From: Mytilus californianus
Taxonomy: Eukaryota
Assembly (NCBI RefSeq): GCF_021869535.1
Contig: NW_026262668.1
Span: forward strand, 118,544,001-118,608,000
Direction of reading: 5' to 3'
Length of the DNA stretch: 64,000 bases
The notes under the pieces are model-generated. The model ran no database searches. It had not been told where the DNA came from and was given only the letters and a program-made list of their open reading frames with translations. The position numbers were made by a program, and so were the translations under genes. Positions 24,301 through 36,200 of this stretch are shown piece after piece (within the stretch, counting starts at the first letter, position 1; each line of letters starts with the position of its first letter).

Positions 24301-27300
24301 AATAAAATTTCTTTATTAACAGTCAAGTTGGTCTAATTTGGTCAAAATAAGCTCAAAAATCATCGCTGATGTAAAATAGACTTGCAATTCAACCTCATTT
24401 GAAACAGTATTCATGTGACCTTTAATTTGAACCTTAACACAAAATGGTTTACGCATTTCGTTGTGCGAATCTTATAATGATGTATTTCCATTTGTTAATA
24501 GTGGTAAACATTTTAATTAAAGTTTAAAAGAGCAATATCATAAATATTTGACCGAGACAAAAACAAGTTAAACAGGAATCGAATTTACGTACATGAAGAG
24601 TAACTCTTTGTTCGATTGTTTTTTAATAGACAAGAAACTTAGATAGAAAAACATCCCTTTTTAGGAGATAGAACATTTCTCTACAAACAGTTTAGTTATA
24701 GAAATTTATCCCTATAGTTCCATTGAAGTTATATCATGGATTTTTCAACTGTGTATTATCCCTAATTCTGTTCTGTTGGATTTGCTGAGAAATGGTCATA
24801 GAGATTGAGTTCAAACCGTCCAAACCATTTAATCATAGTACTGCTTACATAATTTTGATAACAATTATTCAACAGGAATCGAATTTACGTACATGAAGAG
24901 TAACTCTTTGTTCGATTGTTTTTTAATAGACAAGAAACTTAGATAGAAAAAGCATCCCTTTTTAGGAGATAGAACATTTCTCTACAAACAATTTAGTTAT
25001 AGAAATTTATCCCTATAGTTCCATTGAAGTTATATCATGGATTTTTCAACTGTGTATTATCCCTAATTCTGTTCTGTTGGATTTGCTGAGAAATGGTCAT
25101 AGAGATTGAGTTCAAACCGTCCAAACCATTTAATCATAGTACTGCTTACATAATTTTGATAACAATTATTCAACATAAAAAGTACATGAGAAATAGTGGC
25201 GATACAATACTATAAAAATGGTTTCTCTGAACTAACTAAATGAAAAAGCCATTATAATCCAATGGGAGTGTGGAGATAGAACATTGCAGTTCTGAAAAAA
25301 CTCGTATAGAGTGTAGAAATCTCGTATTGTAGTTGTATAGGGAGATAAACCATTGCACTTGGATCTCAAATATATAGCTACATAATAAACAATAAGTGAT
25401 AAAAACAATATTCAAAGATTTAATTAGAGTGTTGAATTGGTAACCTTTTAGAATAAGTTATTTAAAGGATTGATAAGTTTATCCGGACCGTTTCTAAATT
25501 TCCGGGCTCGGTTAACAACATCACCGTAAAATTTAGGATGTGCTATTCCGTTTGAAATAAGTTTTTTTACATGTACAGCCAAAATCTTTGTATCTATAGA
25601 AGAATTTATTAAAGGTTTTAAGTAATGTGTGGTAACGAAATCCCTGACTCAATAATTTACCAATAATACATAGATTACGCTCATTGAAATCCAAAACGTC
25701 ACCACAGACACGGGCATAGCGAACGAGTTGGATAAATAAACACCGCAAGACGGCGCCAAAGGAACATCACCGTCCAAAAAAGGAAAAATAATATTAGAGA
25801 AAGAAAAATCATCCCTTTTGTCGTAAATTTTTGTGTAGAGTTTCTGGTGTAACACTGACATATCTAAATCTAGGAGAGGACAGTTATTGCTGTTACTGTT
25901 TGATTTATTTAAAGTAAGTTCCTTTGGTAAATTTCAGCAGTATATTTAGAGAATTTTTGATTATCTAACGGAAAAATATCATCAAGATAACAGTTAGTGT
26001 TGTTGAATTTATCAATTAAATGGAATTTAGACGGTTCTTTACTAAGTTTGGGAATAAACTGTGATTTATAACAGTATAAGAACAAGTCTGCTATTAAAGG
26101 GGCACTATTGGTGCCCATATGAATACCTACAACCTGTTGATAAACTTTATTGGCGAAACGTACATAAATGTTGTCAAGGAGAATCTCAATTTTTATCAAA
26201 CGTGGACATATAACACTATAAATTTCAAACGACGATTTGTTAACCATGTCTAGCTATCAAAATATCTGTGACATGAAACCAAAAAGACCTAGATAATTGT
26301 CAAACTACGATTACACGTGCTTGTCTGTATATTTATATTGATATTTATTTTTACTTCAGGTCAGTTGGTCATCGGAATTCTTCGGAGGTCATGTCGATGG
26401 TTAATCAGATGGCGTCTAGTCGTAAAGACAGACGAAATACTGATCTATGCATTGTTAACTGTTTCTATAGTATATTTTGTCGTTTGGATGTATTTTAAGT
26501 TCGCTATAAATCAAAAATGAGAATTAGAGTACATTCGGTGACCATGAGCTAATGCCCTTAAAATTAGGACTTCAAATTTTTTTAATTTTATCTGAATTGG
26601 TCAAATCTTTAAAAAAAAAAATCACTTTTTGTCTTACTCAAAAAGATATCTTGCTGCACTATTAAATGCCCTAACTATTTCAACCTGTTCATTTATCAGT
26701 ACACAAAAATAACATAATTTTTAAAGACCTAAATTAAAAAATGTCCAAGTAATAACACTTATCATATCCTGTAGATTAAAAAAAGTTCCATGTGTATTCA
26801 TCTATTCAACTAGAAATATTTAACTTAATTTTTAAGATAATTAATGTAATTTTTAACTAATAAAGACTAATGCTTTTCTTTATTAGTTCATGACCAAATT
26901 TCGAACATCAATCTTATGTAAGATAAGTAGAAGCATATGTTGCGTAAACGTCAATGAGACAACAAACATACGATTTAGAAAAAAAGGTAAACATACGGCC
27001 ATCAACCACAGTCATATGTTTATACACATCTATAGGTAAACATACGGCCATCAACAACAGTCATTTGTTTATACACATCTATAGGTAAACATACGGCCAT
27101 CAACCACAGGCATATGATTATACACATCAATAGGTAAACATACGGCCATCAACCACAGGCATATGTTTATACACACCTATAGGTAAACATACGGCCATCA
27201 ACCACAAGCATATGTTTATACACACCTATAGGTAAACATACGGCCATCAACCACAGGCACATGTTTATACACACCTATAGGTAAACATACGGCCATCAAC

Positions 27301-30300
27301 GACAGGCATATGTTCATACAATACGTAAAGCTCCATATTATTCAAAGTCTAATTTATGCAACAATTTAGTCTTTTCAAAATATCTGTCATCATTGACAAG
27401 AATAAGGTCCCGTTAAGGGCGAAATTGGACACATGATTAAACGAGTCAGAACTGTTTTTGATAAACCAGGTCAATTTTGAATATACTGTAATATAGCGTT
27501 GCGGTTGCAGTTAAAATTTTACCCTTTCTATTGAGGATAAAATCAGTAAATTCAGTAAAGTTGCAACATTACACAAACTATTGACTTTTTGCCTAATACA
27601 AGCTTAGAAATAATATATTGCACAAACCTCATTCCAAACTAGCGCGTATTGAACCACTTTGACAAAATGAACACCCATAGAGAGAAAACTGAGATTAACC
27701 AACAAAGAATGAAAAATTAAGTATCGAAAAGATAAAGTTTTCCTGTTTTTCATAGATGATTGTTTGAAGATTACTATGAGTTATTTTTTAATATCAAGGT
27801 CTAAAAAAGGAAAACAATCACCTTTGTTATCATTAAAACCTGTGAATTGAGGCACACTTAATCTATGTGTTCTTCTTTGAGGTTAAGAGGTAGTGGCACC
27901 TTTACCTGCTACTTATGAGGAAATAAAAACGGTCTAATAAAAAAAATAAAAAAATCTTATAAACTTGAGCATACTACTAGCAAACGTTGGCAATGAGGCT
28001 TTGTGACTTCAGGCTTCCAATAAGTGTTAAATAACTTTATGGCAACATAAATGATTTAATCCACCAGTTTCTACATAAGGAAATGCCTGTACCAAGTCAG
28101 GAATATGACAGTTGTTTTCCATTCGTTTGATGTGTTTGAGCTTTTGATTTTGCCGTTTGATAAGGGACTCTCCGTTTTGAATTTCCTTGGAGTTCGGTAT
28201 TTTTGTTATGTTTACTTTTTACAGATAAACATGGTAACAAACATAACTTCATGAGTAAAAATGGAAAATTCTTGAAAAATATAAAATCTAATATTCAAGG
28301 GTCAATAGTTAAGAAACCTGTACATTGGTTATTGACTTACGAAAAAGAAGACCCTATATCCGCTATAAATCGTTACAATAGCTATTGTCATCGGTATGAT
28401 GTACAATTTTACAAAAGGAGAAAAGTGATAATTTTAATGCCAAAAAAGAAATATATGTAGGTTTTGTTAAACATTTGTCTCTCATGGTTGTGGCTTGTTA
28501 TCTATTTCCCGCATGCAGAGATATGTTTCATATCACACTGAACGGAATGAATAATTGATACAAAAAGTGCATTAATTTGGTTGGCCTAAACTGCATAAAA
28601 TGGTAAAAAATAATTTTTTTCTTCAAAATTGCGACCTTTTCATTTGCTATTCTCGTTAGGTAAATGATGATCTTCAAAGATCACAACGTACCCTTGGCAA
28701 CGGAGATTTGTGACTTCTTCAATAATGTACACAACACTCACAGGTTTCACATAAACATATTGTTTTTGTCAAAATTGATTCCATCCCTAATAACTTGAAG
28801 ATAACAAAAACGACTCGTTTATTATTATACTTAATTAAATAACTCGTGTTGATTTAAGCGATACCCAATTTCCACTCGTTATTAAACCATAAATACAACG
28901 CATTTACACTAGGTTCGAGATACTGAATTTCCAATACCTCTTTTCTAGTTCATGTCTGAAACTAAACGTCAATAATAGATTAACAAAACTGCCAGTTCAC
29001 AATAGTAATCACATTTTTCTGGTAAAATCACTATTATTTCCTATGCATTAAAATCACTAGTATTTGCTATGATTTAAGCAACATTTTTACATCAGATGAC
29101 AGCAAGGGCATTTCGGTGTATTGTTGCCACAGACATTTCTACCAACGTGACTTTCGTTTTTGACTGATAACCGAACGCAAAATAACATTCCTTATCGCTT
29201 GTTATATATCAATTTCCTCAATAAATATTCATGCAATTTTTTTTTAAGAACATAGATAAAGGATATGAAAATGTTTTGTCGTGAGAAATATATATCTCAA
29301 TAACAAATCAAGAATACCGAAAATTTGTGTTAACGCATGCGGAAGAATATCTCAAGAACGTTTTGCGGGAAAAATTGAATGCCTACTCAACTTCTATCTG
29401 TTAGAAAAATCGAATTATTACAGAAGAGTGTCGACCATGCACTTACACTGCACTATTATTAGAATAGTAGAATACAATGATATACAAATGAATGAACATT
29501 ACATATACATGTAACTGTTATATACAATATAATATATAACAACAAACCAGAGTATACTGATTTGTATCACTACAATGTAATAGTTATGACGGTGATTTTC
29601 AATTCCCTGTCATTTATTCATCATACACGAACGAATTTGTCTCAGAAAAAAATATATATATGGACCTTAACCTCACTTTTAGGTATAGAGATGCGATTTT
29701 TTTTCTGAGACCATCCACAAGAACTTGCGGTTATCCGATGTTCAGTACTTCAGTACTTTGATTTAAATATTAGTAAGGAAAGGAAATACCTGCTAATATC
29801 TACAAAACTCAAGATAAACTGTTGACAAAGAGATATGTTTACCTGTGATTTATTTTGATAGAATTATTCAAACGTCAAACTAAAATGGCAGCATTTTACT
29901 TGCTGTATGACAATATGTGCACTTAGAAAATGAAATAGTCTTCCAATATACCGGTTAATAAAGTAAAACTAAAATACATTTTATTTCCTCGGAAAGGAAT
30001 TTTTAGTATTTCGTGAGCAAAAAAACAGTATACATGCATCAAGATAAATTAACCTCTTCACAAATTTTATCATATTAAACTATGCAAGAGCTTCAAAGTG
30101 TCATGAACCATGCTTGCGGGAACTGGTGTCAAATAACCTCAGTGGAAATGACAATGCCAAAATAAAAAGGAAAATATTATAAATCAAGAAAAAAATCTTT
30201 TATATAAAATCACATATAAAAAAAAACAATGACTATTAGCAAAGCTTAATTGTATACTTACCGAATGACCAAGCGTCCAATCAAAGTCGTCAATGATTGA

Positions 30301-33162
30301 GTTTTCAAATATGCATTTTCCATCTGATGACTCAAATCCACACGAATATGAAACTAATAAAATAAAGTTTGCTATTTTAATAGATTTAGAATTATTAAGA
30401 TGATATTTTAAATGCATTTCTTCTACAGAATCACAGAAGTATCGCAAAATCAATTTTTTTTTAAAACCCAAAACAAATTTAACATGGAATTCAAATCATG
30501 TAAGAATCACGTTTCATGTCGTTGCTGTTTTTCAATGTGTTAAAACATGCAGGTCTGGTATATCTTAAGATCATTTCATTTCAGACTTTCCTGTTATTAT
30601 ACATATCATTGGCATCTTCTCAATTTTGTCTTCTGTGAATTACAATATAAACGTGTACCGGGCTAAGTCTTGTCATTTACATGTTGTCCTTCAGAAGGCA
30701 CTATAAGTTATTTATCTTGACTTTTCAATATTCGGTAGACATTAGCTTGTAGTTTTTATCTGTACTTGTAAAAAAATAACCGTGGTGATGTAGAACCTTA
30801 TCTTTAAGGTAATTGGAGAGCAGATACACAGAGGAAAACCAACACTTATATACAAACCGACAAAAGATATAAATCGGCACATATCCAATCTGAGTGAAAA
30901 TTATGTTGTTCTTGTGTTGTTCTGTATACCAATATCCCAAGTAAGGGAGTGCTCAGTTCTCATAAAATGTTAAACAAGCCACATTCTTTTGTGTGTCCGA
31001 AGCAAGGTTCGTGTATTTTAGTGATTGGCGTCGTTGGTTGCTGTCTATCACAACTGTTTTTCTTTATTCTTTTAGTTTATATTTGAACAGTGCTTTTCTC
31101 TTTTGAGTTCTTTTACATTTTGAAAACCATGCAACATTTATAGCTTACTATACAGTATGATAATTTGTCATTGCTGAAGACTGAACGATAAAATGCAGCT
31201 TTTTGAAGGATATTTGTCTCATTGGCAATCATACCATCAAAAACTAAATATTGAGCAGCGGAATGCAACAATCATCAAATAAATATTCGAAGATTTATGA
31301 CTTCAAATTTTTATATACAATCTAAGTTGTTAAACAGTTTACCTGACGGCGAAGTACCTTCAGGCGTTGTTGTAGTCGATTCCATGGTTGTCGTTTTTGG
31401 GGTAGTTGTTGATACGCTGGAAGTTGTTTTTACTGTGGGGGTTGTTTTTTGTGTTACTTTTATGGTTGGTGTTGTTTTTAGTGCCGTTGTCACGCTTGGT
31501 GTTGTTTTTTGTGTTGTTGTTACGATTGGTGTTGTTTTTTGTGTTGTTGCTACGCTTGATGTTGTTTTTTGTGTTGTTGTCGAGCTTGGTGTTAATTTTT
31601 GTGTTGTTGTCACGCTTGGTGTTGTTTTTTGTGTTGTTGCTACGCTTGGTGTTGTTTTTTGTGTTGTTGTCGTGCTTGGTGTTAATTTTTGTGTTGTTGT
31701 CGAGCTTGGTGTTGTTTTTTGTGTTGTTGCTACGCTTGGTGTTGTTTTTTGTGTTGTTGCTACGCTTGGTGTTGTTTTTTGTGTTGTTGTCACGCTTGGT
31801 GTTGTTTTTTGTGTTGTTGCTACGCTTGGTGTTGTTTTTTGTGTTGTTGCTACGCTTGGTGTTGTTTTTTGTGTTGTTGTCGTGCTTGGTGTTAATTTTT
31901 GTGTTGTTGTCGAGCTTGGTGTTGTTTTTTGTGTTGTTGCTACGCTTGGTGTTGTTTTTTGTGTTGTTGTCACGCTTGGTGTTGTTTTTTGTGTTGTTGT
32001 CGAGCTTGGTGTTGTTTTTTGTGTAGTTGTTACGCTTGGTGTTGTGCTTGTTAAAGGACTTCCTGTCAAAAAAGTAATACACAGTTATTCATGGTAGTAT
32101 CACATTTATAATACATGCTTTACTGTCATTGATTATTTTATGTATTGATTCTAATAAGATCAAATGCAGAACCGACTCAAAGACAAAGTTCTTTAATTTC
32201 ACCTTTAGACATACAGATGATGTCCTGTCACTCAATAACTCACATTTCTGTGAATGCTTACATCTCATGTATCCCAGTTGATTTGAAATTAAGGATACTA
32301 TCGAGAGTAGAAGGCCTTTTTCGTATCTTGATCAATGTTTTACGGTATTGACACAAATGGACGACTTCAAACTAGAGTCTATGACAAATATGATGAATTA
32401 AACTTTCTTACTGTCAGCTTCCCATCAGGAAATACTTGACCAAAACGAGGTGTCGGTGTCTTAACTCACCAGCGACATGTTTTTGCAGTCTTAGATCTTT
32501 AGACCAGTAAAGTCGCCTGATCTGTAATTTTACGGATTGTGCCCTATTCCCGATTGTGACATTTTTACTGTTTATGAATTCGCATAGCGCTAACCTTGTC
32601 GACGCAACCGGTGTCGCTCCCGCAGTTCATGCGATTCTCTTTGTTTCTGTTTGTTACTTTGATTTGTCTCTTCCTAATCGATTTACGAAAATTGAATATC
32701 GGTAAACTACTGTCGCTTTAATTTATACATGTATCTAAATTTCATATTGCTTTTAAAAAGGGTAAAACATTTAAGAGAAATCTACTTTTAATAAATTATG
32801 ACTGTACGAAAAATTACACATTTAAAAAACATTATTTTGTTATCTCTCAAATGTTTGCATTTAAGTTTGTAAGTGGTTAGTGTCGTCTTTTGTCCTATAT
32901 TTTTTGTGAACTCTGTTGTTCTTGCAATGTACAATTAGCTTCATTTGTTTGTACACCTTGATGTGTCAATCGCGTACGTAAATTGGGATAACGCTTAGTT
33001 TCAGTGATTCATTCTTGCATTCCATTGAATCAAAACCGTTTTTGCCTGTGTTTGTCTTTTATTCATGATGCATGATGAGAATATCGAAGTTCTTTTGTTT
33101 ATATCTATGATCGACTTTAAAGAATGTTTACAATGTATTTAACTATTTACAATAACAGTAGT

Positions 33163-33200
<38 letters not shown>

Positions 33201-36200
33201 CCCTCCCTTGAAAACAAATAAGCACTGTTAAAGTCGACGTTCAATTTGAATTGTAACTGTTAAAGTTGAGTATGATTGTATCGAACCCCCTTTGGTAATT
33301 CCTTGCAACGGGCCTGGTAGTTTTCAAATAATACAAACCGCAGGTTCCAGGGATCAACCAAATATCATCAACCGCCATATACGACATCCATCCGTTTCTA
33401 ATGCCTACGAATGACACCTATGTAGAAAATAATATTTCTTTATAAAAAAAACACATTCATTTTATAAAGAGATGAGTACTATATAAGCAGATTGGAAATG
33501 ACTAATGTGGAGCACACACAAATAGGAACATAAAAAAAGAAAGAACCCAAACAAAAACCCTGCCAATACATTTAACAAAGAGATGAGTAAAAACCGATCC
33601 TTTGTTTCTTCAACATATAAATCATATAAATAAAAGCATAAACAGAATATATGTCCATGGTAAAAAGTAGAATTACAAAAATACCGAAATCCGAGGAAAA
33701 TTCTAAACGGAAAGTCTCTAAGTAAATGGCAAATTCAAAAGCTCAAACACATCAAACGAATGGATAACAACTGTCATATACCTACCTTAAATCAAAAGTT
33801 TAACCTAACAATATACTGATTCAAAATATGTCTTTGAATTTTCAGAAACTGCGAAAACTCTGTCAAATTCTTAATTAAGCATATATTTAAAAATGTTCAC
33901 ATTAAAATAGATAAATGTACTAAGTTTCAAGTTGATGTATCCACAACTTCATGGAAAACTAGCTTGATTCAAAACTTTAACCTGAAACTTGATGGACGGA
34001 GAAAATAAGTGACGAACGGACGCACAGACGGGAAAACATAAAGCCCAACTATTTATGCAGGTAGGGCAAACAGTTTATGCATAATAGTTATTTGATACAT
34101 GAACGGAAATTATCAACTAGATAAAAACAGGGTTTACTTCTCATTCTACTTATATAAAGAATGCCTCTTTCATACATACATAATAGACAAGATTTTGATA
34201 TAATGCAGACTGAAGCATACAAAATATAAGAAGATATTTTAATGCTGCTACAGTTTCAAATTTAAAAATACAGTTATCTAGAACAAAGTTTTCAAAAATA
34301 TGGTTCACTTTTGAGTGTTAATGTCATCATCATCAAAACGAAATGATATAAATTCATTTAGTGATTATTACCCTGTTGAATAAATACCACACTATTGTTT
34401 ATAGTATAGGGTCGAAACCGCTAATTGGTGGAACATTAGCCCATGATAGTATCATCAGCTTCGTTGTCTGTACTTTGGTATTGACATGATTCGTAACAAC
34501 CATACGAGCATTTAATGGCCCCATATCAATCGGACATAGATGTATTTATACATCCAAAAAGGGTGTTCCTCTTAAACAAGGGTATTACTGCCGGACGGTG
34601 ATGTTTAGGGAAACAATACTGTTGTACACTAGTCAAGCTTTGTGGTTTTTATTTAAATGACACGCACTCATTATGTTTCACATGAATTTATATGAAGGTA
34701 TTTGATACATGGACATATCAATATTTTAAATTATTCAATGCATGAATAATTACAGACTTTTTAACATATATCTTAATGATGTTTGCCACTCTGTTTCAAA
34801 ATAACAAGGTTTTTAAAAGACAGTTATACGTTGATAGTATATAAATAAAGAAACTAAAAAAGCAGAATAAAATGAAGGGTCCGTGTGCTTGTTTTTGAAA
34901 TATAAGCAATTTAGAATTTGGTGGGAAATGATTCTCTCTATATTTTTTATACACTTAACATTGGCACCTTTTTGCTTTCAAAACTATGAAAAAATAATAT
35001 GTAGTAAAATTATGAAAAGAAAAGCAAGGGTAAGCGAACAAAATTTGTCAAGGCACTTTATGGATAACCCAGAGGCTTCCGAATATCTGGCAAAAATTCA
35101 AAAACAAGAGGAGCGAACATCATTAAGGTATGAATGGTCTCTTAATTCCACATCTTAGTTTTCTCATATGCATTTGGTTTTCATGTGAAGGCGTGCTCAA
35201 CTCTTTTAATTTCAAAGAGTGATACCTATGCTTACAATACAATAATCAAGCTTATATTTCCATCGATTATAATAACTCTGCCTTGATTGAAAAAACCGAT
35301 TACCGACATATGCCACTGCCTGAAGTTCTTCGTAATCTTCCAAAAAAAAAAAAATTGGATCAGAACGGTATTATCTCAACGTCTCCTACTATTTATAAAA
35401 ATGAACTGGAAAAAAAGAATTTTAGATTCGTTGACGCCTGTGAGTACCATTTCAAAAACTATCTGAAATATGCATCAAAACTATACAAACCTTCAAATTT
35501 TCTACTGCTGGAATATCTATTTCCTCATACAACCATGTCTTGCCTTGATTAGCCGTTTTGAAAAACTCTGATATATTTTTACCAGTTGAATCACTCACAA
35601 ACACATTCAGAGAACCCATGGACGATGGAGTGTAGCTATACATATGATACCAGAATGACAGACACCGTTCTACCTCTAGTGATTGAAAATAAAAAATAAT
35701 AATAATGGTTAAAAGAAAAGAACAAAAAAAAGTATGAGTAGAGCTTACAAATTCACATCCTGCTCTGCAATTCGGTTAACTAAACAAAAAACGTAACTTA
35801 AAGATAAAAAACAATACGTCCATATTTCAGGGAGGGAGCGGTACAGTTGTACTGTCTTTATTATATCCGATCATATGATCTGTTAACTGGGAATGCACTA
35901 TGTTCTCTAACAATTCTCTTTATATGCTTCAATTTATAGTCTGAAGGCAAAATAAGGAGATGTTCGCATAGAAAAATGAATTTAAGATATATATGCTGTA
36001 ATTGGGGAGAAACCAAACGTCAAAAAAAATTAAAAGACTTTAAAGGTAAAATATGTCTTCAACAATAAAAAAAAATCCCAACTGTACACCCTATCAAAAA
36101 CTGATAATCATAGAACTCTATTTAAATCATTACGTAAAACCAAATACTTCTGTGTTATAAATCATTTGCCATATTAACAGGGATTCAATTACTCCAACTG

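Noticed and set aside
24213-26561. One large TTAA-type element spanning the 300-bp duplication and the PLE fragment
   Set aside because: The two termini match only loosely and the interior cannot be shown to be continuous.
29637-29713. Short inverted repeat gtctcagaaaaaaa / ttttttctgagac
   Set aside because: Half of each arm is an A/T run; it may be a MITE remnant but is too weak to call.
31297-32097. Long ORFs on the + strand (266 aa, 206 aa, 68 aa Cys-rich) and in another - frame (240 aa Asn-rich)
   Set aside because: Shadows of the stop-free 30-nt repeat; only the Thr-rich frame has splice sites in phase with the neighbouring exons.
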